In this document: one piece after another, positions 23,851 through 36,082 of the stretch
How positions within the stretch are numbered: position 1 is the stretch's first letter
Layout of the letters: each line of letters begins with the position of its first letter
Source: Octopus sinensis
Lineage: Eukaryota
Length of the DNA: 64,000 nucleotides
NCBI RefSeq assembly: GCF_006345805.1
Contig: NC_043020.1
Span: 16,616,001 to 16,680,000, forward strand
Direction: 5' to 3'
Program-made: the position numbers and the translations under genes
The notes under the pieces: model-generated
Told to the model about the DNA's origin: nothing
The model's database searches: none
The model's input: only the letters and a program-made list of their open reading frames with translations

Positions 23851-24424
23851 ACAGCAAGGTATGTAAACATAGCCAAGCCATCCTCTAAAGCATATCACTT
23901 CATTATCCTATTCAGAGGCAAAACTCACAACCCCAAGTCGATCTACAAAATAGTTTGCTCATAGCCACAATCCAATTTGTGCAGGCAAGAAAATTGCCTA
24001 CCCTTACAAACTGGATGACTTTTACTTGTTTCTGCAACTTTAACAAGTTCCCCCACCTCTTAAACTACAATTAACTCTTTCAGTCCCTTGCTAAAAGGAC
24101 CCCTGCCAATCTTACACAATCCTTATTTCCTCCACTTTTCAACCAAGCACAAAAATATCTACAGTCACTTGAAGCCAACAAGGCTGCCAGCCCTGATAAT
24201 GTCCCTTCTATTACTCTCAAATAGTGCTCTCCTTAGTTGCCACCCACCCACACCAAACTCTTCTACCTCTTTTTCTCTCTTCCTCTTTCTCTCCTCAGCA
24301 ATCTATCCTGATCTTTGGGAAGACATTCCAATGTATCCATTTCTCAGGAAGAACAACCCCTCTGACCCTACTCACTGCCACCGCAATATCTCAAAGGTGA
24401 TAGAGACAGCCATTTACACCTTAA

Positions 24425-24637
24425 CCCTTTTGTTACTAACCCGGCCAAAACCGGCTCTGTGGTAAAATGTCTTGTTTCCATAAGTTTCGAATTAGAATAT
24501 TCCACCAAGCCTTAGTCACTAGTTACGTTCCTAACACTAGTTTAATGATAACTAAGTTATTTTACTAAATTCATTTTATATTTAGAATAATTGAAAGAAA
24601 CCCAGAGCATCTCAAAATAAATGCAGTAACAAAAGGG
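24425..24637. mobile_element. TTAA MITE family B, uninterrupted
   Basis: TTAA at 24421-24 and 24638-41; TIRs CCCTTTTGTTAC / GTAACAAAAGGG. Confidence 0.9.
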
Positions 24638-24914
24638 TTAAACTTCCTACATTAACAACCACCTACACAGCTTGCATATAACCACACCTATTGTCTGCCT
24701 TCTCTCCTATGTCAATCACCAATGGTCAGTCACAGTTGAGAAATCTGGTGAAAACTGTCAACACCAGTAAAGGATCTGACCATGGCTAACATGAGTTTTC
24801 TCTCAAAACTGCCCACCCATGCATTCTATCTGTCTCCCATCCTTTAGATTTGTGGCTTCCTGTTAGATCACACTGGATGACATATGTTGATGGAGTTCCA
24901 TCAGACAGACTCTC

Positions 24915-25306
24915 TCTTACTCTTTTACTTGTTTCAGTCATTTGACTGCGGCCATGCTGGAGCACCGCCTTTAGTCAAACAACTCGACCCCGGGACTTAT
25001 TCTTTTGTAAGCCCAGTACTTATTCTATCGGTCTCTTTTGCCGAACCACTAAGTAACGGGGACACAAACACACCAGCATCGGTTGTCAAGCAATGCTAGG
25101 GGAACAAACACAGACACACAAACACACACACGCATATATATATACAACGGGCTTCTTTCAGTTTCCGTCTACCAAATCCACTCACAAGGCTTTGATCGGC
25201 CCGAGGCTATAGTAGAAGACACTTGCCCAAGGTGCCACGCAGTGGGAATGAACCCGGAACCATGTGGTTGGTAAACAAGCTACTTACCACACAGCCACTC
25301 CTGCGC
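24915..25306 (-). mobile_element. F1 SINE, near consensus
   Basis: Reverse complement of F1. Confidence 0.88.
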
Positions 25307-26084
25307 TGTTTTTTTTTTTCAACTTTGATGCATCCTAAGCGTCGACCACATACAATCTTGACCTCTCACACCAAATCTATTCTGACCCCATAAACAGAAA
25401 TTTGTAATCATCCTTCAAGAGTGTCAGGTCAGTTGTGTCTGTTTTGGCAACAAAGACATAATCAATATCAAAAGAAATACTATTGTACACCACCACCTAT
25501 ACTCCCTCAACATGATCAACAAGAAAATTGCAGCAAAGCTGTGTGATATTGGTACCAGATATGGCATGCTGACCATCATGTAACTTGTTTGACATCGCGT
25601 TCTTATTCATCTCTTCCATTTTATTTTGACATACATAGTGCGTTTTTATTCTTTTTTTCCATTTTACGAATTCAATTTACATGTTTATTCTTCTTTTCTG
25701 GTTCCTACTTACAACTGTTTACAGATCACAACCTTCTCACAAACTGCATTAATGAGGAGCGCTTTGCACTGCGATGGTTGTGAAATAACACATAACTAAA
25801 TCTTTCACAGTTGCCGCCTCACAAGCTAGAAATCAACTGAGAATCTCTCCTGGCAAATGCACATCATCAATATAGAAATGATTTGCCTTCCTTCTTTAGA
25901 GCTAAGGAAAAAATATACTTTTTCTCCCAGCCACTACTGATCCTCTACAAAGTTTGAGTAAGACTCATATTAGAGTATTGCCTCAATACCTAGGATGTGC
26001 TGCTACCACTTCTACAATGGTATTTCTCCCATAGCTGGGACAGTGTTGCTCCTACTTCTACAATGGTATTGTTCCTACGCTTGA

Positions 26085-26295
26085 GAGGTGGAGGTGCGTG
26101 ACTTAAGATCGTAAGATTGTGGTTTTGATTCCTTGACCGGGTGACACATTGTGTTCTTGAGCAAAACACTTCATTTCACATTGCTTCCACTCAGCTGGCA
26201 AAAATGAGTAATCCTGCGACGGACTGGTGTCCTGTCCAGGTGGGCAATTTATACGCCATGGAAACCAGTTGACATGACTCAAGAAGGTAATCTTT
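26085..26295 (+). mobile_element. F4 SINE
   Basis: Core tgtgttcttgagcaaaacactt, then cctgcgacggactggtgtcctgtccagg and a ctttacct tail. Confidence 0.7.
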
Positions 26296-26544
26296 ACCTA
26301 CACCTAAGACAGCGCTATTTCCACATCTGGGACACTGTTGCTCCTACATCTGGGATGGTATTGCTCTTATCTCAGAATAGTTCTGCTCTTACAACCCCAC
26401 CGTTATTTTGTCCACCGTTTCCCCCTATGCACTTTACTAACGTCTGCACTCAGTATTTCACTCCACAAAATGCCAGCATTCTGGAATTCCCACCTTGCAA
26501 CTGTTTAAGAGAGCTGTTAATAGTGTCAGTCTCATTAATCTTGA

Positions 26545-26906
26545 GGGATCCATGAGGATCTCCTCCTTTCTCCCCTTGCTTTTCTGCCTCTCACTCTCTT
26601 CCCCTCTTACCTCCCCTTTTTGCACTCTTCTCTTTCTCGCTCTCTTCCCCTTCTTGCTCTCTCCCCTTCTCATTCTCTCTCCCCTTCTCACTTTCACCCC
26701 CTCTCACTTCCTACCCCCTTTCACATTTCACTTTATTCCCCTCCTTCTTTCTCCTCTTCTCGCTTTTCCCCTTTGTCCTACTTTCTCCCCTTTTGCTTTC
26801 TCTCCCTCTTGCTTTTTCCCCCTCCTCCTTTCTCCCCTTCTTACTTTACCCCTCCTCTTGCTTCCTCCCTCCCTCCTCACTTTCTCTCCTCTTACTTTCT
26901 CTCCAG
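26545..26906 (+). repeat. ~360-nt pyrimidine-rich low-complexity tract
   Basis: Strongly C/T-rich on +, ending ctctccAG. Confidence 0.9.
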
Positions 26907-27739
26907 TTAGCTACTAACAACTAGTAAAAGTGGTGGTGAATTCACAATTTGTCGATGGAGCCACATTCATCAAACACACTAAATACAAATTCTATAAACC
27001 AAGAACAATCTTACACGTGCATGTGTGTCCACACACGTGTATGTCTGTCTGTCTGTCCATGCCCTGTGTGTGTGTGTGTCAGTATTGTATGTGTCTATGT
27101 CCTGTGTCTCCTATATGTCTGTGTCTGTGTGTGTACACTTGCATGTATATGTGTATCCTGCGCTATCAACAGAAATTGGCCAATTTTGCAAATTTGTAAA
27201 ACATGTAATTTATGTCTACATCAGTTGATGGAATGTATAACAAGCGGCATTCACGACGATAATGATAAACTTTGATGGGAAATGAATAATTTCAAGAACA
27301 ATTTGGTTTCACCTAATTCAAAAGAGTAAACCTCTCCTCTTCTCAGTCCAAAGACCTCAGCATTAGATCCTCTTTGAAACCAAGTTAATAAGATCAGATG
27401 TTAATATGTGACTAGATTTGTAGCAAGCTTTCTAACAACATGGTATTAGTTACTCATTAGGTCCATGCTAGAATGATGTAAAATAATCTGGGTTTTACTT
27501 TGCATTTCCTTTATTTGCTTATTCTTTTACTGGTTTCAACCACTGGATTCTCATGTGACTATGCTGAGACACTACTTTTAAGGGTCTTTTTATTCTTTTT
27601 TTTTTTTTTTACTTAATACAATCACTTGTATTGATGCCAACAGTGATTTCAGTTTTGCATTCTTATTTATTGGTCTCTGTCACTAAATGGCTAAGAAAGC
27701 AGCTCAACACTAACACTGTTTTTATACACACACACACAC

Positions 27740-27777
<38 letters not shown>

Positions 27778-28005
27778 AGGCGAGCTGGCAGAAACGTTAG
27801 CATGCCGGGCGAAATGTTTAGTGGTATTTCGTCTGCGTTACGTTGTGAGTTCAAATTCCGCCGAGGTCGACTTTGCCTTTCATCCTTTCGGGGTCGATAA
27901 ATTAAGTACCAGTTACGCACTGGGGTCGATGTAATCGACTTAATACCTATGTCTGTCCTTGTTTGTCCCCTCTGTGTTTAGCCCCTTGTAGGTAATAAAG
28001 AAATA
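27778..28005 (+). mobile_element. F2-long SINE, full length
   Basis: ggcgagctggcagaaacgttag...gagttcaaattcc...gccccttgtaggtaataaagaaata. Confidence 0.9.
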
Positions 28006-28016
28006 TATATATATAT

Positions 28017-28395
28017 AGGCGCAGGAGTGGCTGTGTGGTTAGTAGCTTGCTTACCAACCACATGGTTCTGGGTTCAGTCCCATTGCATGGCACCTTGGGC
28101 AAGGGTCTTCTACTATAGCTTCAGGCTGACCAAAGCCTTGTGAGTGGATTTGGTTGACGGAAACTGAAAGAAGCCCATCGTATATATGTATATGTTTGTG
28201 TGTCTGTGTTTGTCCCCCCAACATCGCTTGACAACCGATGCCCATGTATTTACATCCCTGTCACTTAGTGGTTCGGCAAGAGAGACCGATAGAATAAGTA
28301 CTAGGCCTACAAAGAATAAGTCCTGGGGTCGATTTGCTCGACTAAAGGCGGTGCTCCAGCAAGGCCGCAGTCAAATGACTGAAACAAATAAAAAA
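28017..28395 (+). mobile_element. F1 SINE
   Basis: Starts aggcgcaggagtggctgtgtgg. Confidence 0.88.
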
Positions 28396-28636
28396 TACAT
28401 ATACACACACACACACACACACAAGTTAGCACATGAAGGCAAAACAAGGAGGAAAAAAATGGTTCTCGAATAGCAAAGGCAGAGTAATATGCTTTTATTA
28501 ATACTGCAAAATTATCACAAGTTTCACATTGCCTGTTTGTCAGTTTTCATCACAACTGTCTGCCAAACGGGAACTTGAAACTCTGAGTAACAGTCTTGTG
28601 GTAATTTTGTAGCTTTAATAAAAGTGTGTGTATGAA

Positions 28637-29006
28637 GAGAGTGGAGGCGCAATGGCCCAGTGGTTAGGGCAGCGGAATCGCGGTTTCGATTCCCAGACCG
28701 GGCATTGTGAGTGTTTATTGAGCGAAAACACCTAAAAGCTCCACAAGGCTCCGGCAAGGGGTGGTGGTGAACCCTGCTGTACTTTTTCACCACAACTGTC
28801 TCTCACTCTTTCTTCCTGTTTCTCTTGTACCTGTATTTCAAGGAGCCAGCCTTGTCACACTCTGTGTCACGTTGAATCTCCTCGAGAACTACGTTATGGG
28901 TACACGTGTCTGTGGAGTGCTCAGCCACTTGCACGTTAATATCACGAGCAAGCTGTTCCGTTGATCGTATCAGCTGGGACCCTCATTGTCGAAACCGACG
29001 GAGTGC
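28637..29006 (+). mobile_element. Distinct tRNA-headed SINE (F5), single copy in window
   Basis: A-box TGGCCCAGTGGTTAG and B-box GGTTTCGATTCCC; CpG-rich body unlike the flanks. Confidence 0.65.
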
Positions 29007-29550
29007 TCCTATATATATAGTATGAAGAGATTGAGGGAAAGAGAACCTTAAAATGTGATTCAATAGTGCTGGCTATAATTTGCCTTGATAATGTGTTAGC
29101 ATATATTTTTGCTTATATTGACTGGTATTTTGTATCTCTTTTCTATATCTAAATATGCTGGCACAATAGAAATGATCATCAGTAATGTACAATGTAGTCA
29201 GCAATTGCAGATGGAATTTTCTCCATTCCTATTTTTGTTGTCCTGTTATTATTTTTATTGCATTTGTGTAACATTGTCCATTTTTTTTCCGTCCTTGTTT
29301 TTGTATATATTCGCTGCTTTCTTCCAAGGAATCTAATGCTCTTAGCTTAATTTTTCCTTGGGGCTGGCCAGATTGGAGCAATCTCGAGTATAATCAGCCA
29401 AAATTGCGAAGATAATCTGGTACTCGACTGAGGAAAGAAAACTTCGAATGACCCGTCCTTGTTTACTTTGTATCTGGATGTTTTGTTGTCCCATTTTTAT
29501 ATCACCTAACTGTCCGGATGTTTTGCGTTCTTGTCCCATTTTGTATTTTG

Positions 29551-29608
<58 letters not shown>

Positions 29609-29630
29609 CATACACACACACATGCATGTA

Positions 29631-29858
29631 CAGGGTGGCCCAAAAGTAGCTTTACAGTTATTCAACTATCTCTTTTGCATTCATATATTAACAGTTTAGA
29701 TCTTAATTATAAAAAAATAGGAAATCATTCTATGCTAATTTAGTTAATTTTGTCAAGCTCCCTTTTCAGTTTGTAAGAAATATAAGTGTAATAAAATGGT
29801 TTAAAAGAAATTTGAAGTGCCTACATGATAACCATAAACCTACTTTTGGGTCACCCTG
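29631..29858. mobile_element. Tc1/mariner-type MITE
   Basis: TA flanks; TIRs CAGGGTGGCCCAAAAGTAG / CTACTTTTGGGTCACCCTG. Confidence 0.85.
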
Positions 29859-29862
29859 TATA

Positions 29863-30161
29863 TCTTTATATATAAAAGTGAAGTTGTGTGTCTGTCTCCT
29901 ACGATTTAGATTCCTAACTACTCCCACATTTTGCAGTGCAGTTTAACCAAAAGCGGGTATCTTATAGTCGTGATTCATATCGAGCCCTTCTGGGTATTAG
30001 CGTGCGTCTACGATGAGTCTACGATTTAAAAAAAAATTTACCATCATTTTTCCCATTTTCAATACATTTTTTTTGCTATTATATAAGGGAAGTAACTCTC
30101 TAAAAATGCTTATATAGTTATTTCCCTTACAAACCCGAGCAACGCCAGGCGATACTGCTAG
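29863..30161 (+). mobile_element. Non-autonomous Helitron, deletion derivative
   Basis: 5' TC, 3' cccgagcaacgccaggc...CTAG, A|T target; colinear with 38351-38736. Confidence 0.88.
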
Positions 30162-30444
30162 TGTGTATATATATATATATTGTTGATGTTATAAGAATCT
30201 ATAATCTTTGAAGAGAACATGAAGCTTTTTGTTTTTTGAAACTAGATCTCAAAAGGCTTATAAAGATATAAACAACAGCACATAAATATTAGGTTGAAAA
30301 CCAACTTTTGGATAGAAAACTTTGAGCAGCTTTTGACTTTTCTATCCAAAAGGAATTTTCAGCCCAATATTTACATGCTGTTATTTATAGCTTCATGTGC
30401 TTCAAGATCCAATTCCTAAAGAAAATTTGTTTATATAGGCACAG

Positions 30445-30577
30445 GCATGGCTGTGTGTTAAGAAGCTTACTTCCCATTCACATGGTTCCAAGTCCAGTCC
30501 CACTGCATGGCACCTTGGGTGCCATGCAGTGGGACTGAACCTGAAGCCATGTGCTTGGAAAGCAAACTTCTTACGAA
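30445..30577. repeat. Fold-back made of two inverted F1 SINE heads
   Basis: Perfect 20-bp stem 30495-30514/30518-30537 with loop TTG; the arms extend imperfectly to ~60 bp. Confidence 0.9.
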
Positions 30578-31053
30578 ACTTCACCCATACCTGCACCTGT
30601 ATATGTCTGTGTGTATGGATGTAGGGCTCCAGTCTAGGTTTACTACATCTCTGCACTTGTATGCACAGGTCCGTACCAGATCTTTTGAGGAAGAGTGGCA
30701 GTTAACCATTCATATAAGACTCTCTCTTCTATGTGTCATTAATATTTATCTAAGAGAAAAGCCACTAAGTTAGGCTAGCTGACACATCTTGGCACCAGTG
30801 TCATTTGCAAGCATTGCATTAAGCTTGTACCTGGTGAAGAGGTATCTTGGTTATATAGAGGACAATGTCACACTTCCCTAAATTGTTTGTATTCAGATTG
30901 TCCAGTAAACTAACCTCTGCTCTTTTATCATTACAAATTGGAAGGGATTGATTCCTTTCTGAGACTCTTCCTATGACTCTTGACTCAACTCACTTGTACA
31001 CACACGTGCATGAACAAATATACAGGTACATATACACAGATATATATATATAT

Positions 31054-31084
<31 letters not shown>

Positions 31085-31529
31085 GGATTAAGTATATATG
31101 TATACAAACACACACACATACACACACATACTCTTACACACACATACTCTTACCAACATGCTCACACATAGACACTCACATGCCCACATGCATTTACATG
31201 CACACATACTCATATACACACACCTACACACACACACCCATGCACACTCATATATTGAAATAAGGCAATCTCAGGAGACCATGAAATTTTAATTATAAGC
31301 AATGTCTACCATTTTTTTAATTCTTTCTTACACATGAATTGGTTGATTAGAATGTAATCACTCACACAAAAATATGGAAAAGAAGTATATGGCTTCTGCT
31401 GCTGAGTTTTAGAGCTCCTCATAGATTAACATCAGCCAGCCAGCTTCTAGTATAGCACTTAGGTTTCTACTTTGCTTATTATTATTGTTACCAGCCTTGC
31501 CTTACTAGCGGCACATGAAAAACATTTGA

Positions 31530-31810
31530 GCAAGGTCATTGCCAGTGCTGCTGGACTGGCTCCTGTGCAGGTGGCACGTAAAAACACCATTTGAGCGTGG
31601 CCGTTGCCAGTACCGCCTGACTGGCCCTCATGCTGGTGGCACGTAAAAGCACCCACTACACTCTCGGAGTGGTTGGCATTAGGAAGGGCATCCAGCTGCA
31701 GAAACTCTGTCAGATCAGATTGGAGTCTGGTGCAGCCATTTGGTCCACCAGTCCTCAGTCAAATCGTCCAACCCATACTAGCATGGAAAGCATACGTTAA
31801 ACGATGATTA
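31530..31810 (+). mobile_element. F3 (RTE 3'-UTR) copy
   Basis: tggcacgtaaaagcaccc...aggaagggcatccagc...catggaaagcatacgttaaacgatga. Confidence 0.82.
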
Positions 31811-31835
31811 TTATTATTATTATTATTATTGTTAA

Positions 31836-32545
31836 AGCAGCGAGCTGGCAGAATCATTAGTGCACTGGACAAAATGCTTAGAAGTATTTCGCCTGTCACT
31901 ACATTCTGAGTTCAAATTCCGCCAAGGCCGACTTTGCCTTTCATCCTTTCAGAGTCAATAAATTAAGTACTAGTGAAATACTGGAGTCAATGTATTCAAC
32001 TAGTCTCCTTTCCCCAAATTTTAGGCCTTGTGCCTTTAGTAGAAAAGGTTATTATTACCGTCATTATTAAGGTGGCTAGCTAGCAGAATTGTTATTGTGT
32101 CAGGTGATACGCTTAGTAGCATTTTTGTCCATCTTTTTATTTTCTGCGTTCAAACTCTGCTGAGGTCAACTTTACCTTTCATCCTATCATGGTTGATGAA
32201 ATAAGTACCAGTTATGCACTGAGGTTGTTATAATTGACTAGGCCCCTCCCCACCCAAAATGTGCATATAATAGAAAGGATTATTATTATTATTATTGTTA
32301 TTATTATTATTATTATTGTTATATATATTAGAGTGGCGAGCTAGCAGAATTATTAGCACACCAGGCTTAGTGGCATTTCATTTTTCTTTATGTTCTGAGT
32401 TCAAACTCTGCCAAGGTCACTTTTCCCTTTCATCCTTTCAGGGTCGATAAAATAAGTACCAGTTGAGCACTGGGGGTTGATGTACCTGACTATCCACCCC
32501 ACACCAAAATTTCAGGCCTTGTGCCTACGGCAGAAAGGATTATTA
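31836..32545 (+). mobile_element. Three head-to-tail F2 SINEs joined by (TTA)n
   Basis: Copies at ~31836-32050, 32068-32280 and 32330-32545. Confidence 0.82.
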
Positions 32546-32817
32546 CTAGTTATGATATACAAAACAAACATAGGAGAAATTTCTGTAAACACAAGTTTAT
32601 ATCATTTGTTCCTATACACGTTTCACCATTGTGGTTCTCTGTAACATAATGCAATAAAATATTCCCCTGGTTAAACAACCAATTTCACTTGGGACATTCA
32701 ATGCAGTTTTCTAAACAACCACAACGGTGATGTGTATTTACAAACATGATGTAACTTATATTTATTGTAATTTCTTGTCTACACACACACACGCGCGTAT
32801 ATATATATATATATATA

Positions 32818-33150
32818 TATATTATCATCATCATCATTTAATGTCCATTTTCCATGCTGACACTGGTTGGAAGACTTGATAAGAACTGGTAGCTCCAAAG
32901 CCTGTTTTGGCTTGGTTTCTAATCCCAACCTCTTCAGAGAGTGCACTAGGTGCTTTTTATGTGGCACCAGCACCCACACCAATACCTTTTACGTAACACC
33001 TTAGTTTTAGTATCTCAATTCTGTCGTGGTGGGCAGGTCTTCTTGAGTACAGCAATGCACCACATATCTCAGTCCTCTGTCATTTCCTGCATGAGGCTCA
33101 AAGTTTTGAGATCAGGCTTCAGTAGTTTGTCCCAAGTTCTCCACATACCG
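32818..33150 (-). mobile_element. RTE LINE 3' end: ORF C-terminus plus F3 3'-UTR
   Basis: On - it translates RTWDKLLKPDLKTLSLMQEMTED*DMWCIAVLKKT (RTE-type TW...DL...DR..W C-terminus), then tgctggtgccacataaaaagcacc...catggaaaatggacattaaatgatgatga. Confidence 0.72.
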
Positions 33151-33524
33151 AAATTTTTCTCTTTGCCTTCATAAAAAAGTATGTTTACCGTCATTGAGAT
33201 TCTTATAGTAGCAGGAAAAGAATTTTTAACTCCTTTTTCTAATTTCGGTATGTGGTGAAGCAGTTAGCTGAACCCTAATTATAATTATGTGGATAATTTT
33301 ACCTATAAAGGTTATTTTAATGTACTGATCTACTTGGTAAAATTGTTAATTAATTGATTAATTAATTAATTAATATAATTAATAAATTTTACCCTTCTAT
33401 TATTAATTTAAAATTATATATATCACTAGCAACTTCATACAGGTTGTTGGTCTTATCAGAAAATACAAACTTCTTTTTAGGCCTTCTAAAGTTTCTAATA
33501 TCGTATATTAGTTTGGTTTGAAAG

Positions 33525-33780
33525 AGGCTACTGTTGCCAGTTTCATGTAAATGGTACCCATGTTGTTGGCATGTAAAAGGCACTCATTACACTCTTGCAG
33601 TGGTTGGCATTAGGAGGGGCATCCAGCTATAAAACCCATGCCAATACAGGCAATTGGAACTTGGTGCAGCTCTCCAGTTTATCAGCTCCAGTCAAACTGT
33701 CTAACCCATACCAGCATAAATGGTGCTACATAAAAAGCACCCGTTGTGGTGTCATGTAAAAAGCACCCATGCTGGTGTCA
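33525..33780 (+). mobile_element. F3 (RTE 3'-UTR) copy, diverged
   Basis: ggcatgtaaaaggcactc...aggaggggcatccagc. Confidence 0.7.
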
Positions 33781-34332
33781 TATAGACACATACACACACA
33801 CACAAACACACACACAAACACACACACATACATGCATATATGTAAGTGTGCATACATTTAAAGACACATGGTAATATATTCAGTCTGAGTTTCTGTACAT
33901 AGATGTTATAAAGATAGCTAAATATTTTTGATTACTTTTGGAAGATTTGAATAATGCAATTACTACAAATGAAAATAATTTTGTCTATTTTGATGAATTT
34001 TTGGCACAGGAATAAAAAGTTATCTCAAAAATGATAAACAATTTGTCTTCTGTTTTTTCTTCCCCTTCTCCTGCAGAAAAATTTTGTAATTATTAGAAAA
34101 AGTATTTAAAAACCATTGCTTCATTAAAAATAATTAGATGTATCTGTTATTTACATATATTCAAAGAATATTCCTCATTCTCTTGTGAAATTAACAGAAC
34201 TCAAGTGTAGTATAAGTTAATTTGGAAACAAAAATAGTGATTAAATTCACTTGTTAATGAATAAGTATTTAGTTCATCAGAAAACTCAGTATTTATATAC
34301 CAATAGAATATATACTTGTATGTGGATTTGCA

Positions 34333-34378
<46 letters not shown>

Positions 34379-34383
<5 letters not shown>

Positions 34384-34603
34384 CTTTACTACACACAAGG
34401 GGCTAAACATAGAGGGGACAAACAAGGACAGACAAAGGGATTAAGTTGATTACATCGACCCAGTGCGAAACTGGTACTTTTTTTATCGACCCCGAGAGGA
34501 TGAAAGGCAAAGTCGACCTCGGCGGAATTTGAACTCAGAACATAATGGCAGATGAAATACGGCTACGCATTTCGTCCGGCTTGCAAACATTTCTGCCAGC
34601 TCG
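34379..34603 (-). mobile_element. F2-long SINE
   Basis: Reverse complement of F2-long, with its 3' end at (TA)n. Confidence 0.88.
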
Positions 34604-34850
34604 ATATATTTCAAGAAGTGGTGTGTCACCATTCCTTAGACTGAGCCATAATGTTTTGGTTCATAATCCTCATTTAACCTCCATTTTTCATGTTGTCATA
34701 GGTTGGATGGTTTGACAGGAGCTAGTCAGCCAGTGAGCTATCCAGGTTCCAACTGTCTATTTTGGCATTGATTCTATAGCTGGTTGCCCTTCCTAACACC
34801 AGCCACTTTACAGAGTGTACTGGATGCTTTTTACATGCTACCAACATGTG

Positions 34851-35352
34851 TGCTGCCATGTGGTACCAGCACGAGTGCTTTTTATAGAGCATTGGCATGT
34901 GTGTTCTTATTGTGACATCAGCATGAGTGCATTCTATATGGCACCGGCACAAGTGTTTTTCTATGTGACACCAGCACAAGTGCTTTTCTATATGGCACCA
35001 GCACAAACGCTTTTCTCTGACACCAGCACAGGTGCTTTTCTCTGTGATACCAGCACAGGTACTTTTCTATGTGACACCAGCACAGGTGCTTTTTCCACAT
35101 GGCACCATCACAGGTGCTTTTCTATGTAGCACCAGCGCAGGTGCTTATTCTACATGGCACCAGCACAGGTGCTTTTCTATGTGACACCATCACAGGTGCT
35201 TATTCTACATGGCACCAGCACAGGTGCTTTTCTATGTAGCACCAGCTCATGTGCTTTTTACCTGCTACAGACAGATACTTTTCTATATGATACCAGTATG
35301 GGTGCTTTTTACATGACACCACAATGGGTCCTTTTTATGTGGCACCAGCACC
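34851..35352 (-). repeat. 27-bp tandem array (~18 units) derived from the F3/RTE 3'-UTR motif
   Basis: Unit TGTGACACCAGCACAGGTGCTTTTCTA on +; continuous with the F3 tail at 34680-34850. Confidence 0.88.
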
Positions 35353-35394
35353 TGTGAGCCTGCAAAACAAAGACCTCTCAGCTGAGAGAGTGGG

Positions 35395-35790
35395 GGACAT
35401 GGCCAGGGAAAAAAAACGTCCTCATTGACTTCAAATGCTTCCAGCAGATCAGAGCAGATTTCCTTCCACTATCTTTTGTAATGCATTGTTATTACAGTCC
35501 AACTGTGCAGCAACCTTACTGAATCTCATTTGTCCATTTGCTGGTGATTCCCATCTGTGATCACAGTTGATGAACTCCCACTTCATTTCTCATCTTCCAT
35601 TCTGGTTCCTCCTTCCCTTGAACTTCATCCATTTGTGCACGTTGTTCTTGCCAGTGGTGCCATCTCCTTAAACAACATGAAGCCTCCTGTAGGTGTTGTA
35701 CAGCCTTCATACTTCTTCATCAAGAACTCAGTGACTACACATTGCTTCTGGTTACAACCCATTACTTGCCTGCTATGAGGAAGAACAGAT
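35395..35790 (-). pseudogene. Mariner-type transposase N-terminal remnant
   Basis: On - the fragments are VVTEFLMK, YRRLHVV*GDGTTGKNNVHKWMKF, FREGGTRMEDEK*SGSSSTVITDGN and EICSDLLEAFE (HTH region; cf. FxEGRxxxEDxxRSGRP). Confidence 0.7.
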
Positions 35791-35864
35791 ATTGTAGAGG
35801 AAGAATTACTCTACCAACATGTGCAGTTTGAATGACTTGTGTTGCTTAAAACATATGTTATTCC

Positions 35865-36082
35865 TACTAAGGGGCTAAACATAGAGGGGTCAAACATGGA
35901 CAGACATAGGTATTAAGTCGATTATATCGACCCCAGTGCTTAACTGGTACTTAATTTATCGACCCCGAAAGGATGAAAGGCAAAGTCGACCTCGGCGGAA
36001 TTTGAACTCACAACGTAACGGCAGCCAAAATACCGCTAAGCATTTCACCCGATGTGCTAACGATTCTGCTAGCTCGCCGCCT
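35865..36082 (-). mobile_element. F2-long SINE
   Basis: Reverse complement of F2-long. Confidence 0.85.

Larger units (their letters stand above)
22321..26400 (+). pseudogene. Heavily decayed CR1/Jockey-type LINE ORF2 (APE-RT), fragmented by later insertions
   Basis: Fragments ETFAMQSLTFPHQIVSSPT (~23290), PDLWEDIPMYPFLRKNNPSDP...ISKVIETAI (~24305-24415), SKLP...VDGVPSD (~24805-24905) and LYKV*VRLILEYC (~25945) follow endonuclease-RT order. Confidence 0.62.

Noticed and set aside
28017-28100. tRNA genes at SINE heads
   Set aside because: Only A/B-box-like motifs are present; I cannot build a complete cloverleaf and each continues into a SINE body.
34851-35352. CRISPR-like array (27-bp hairpin units)
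   Set aside because: Units are contiguous with no unique spacers, there are no cas genes, the context is a eukaryotic intron, and the unit derives from the RTE 3'-UTR.
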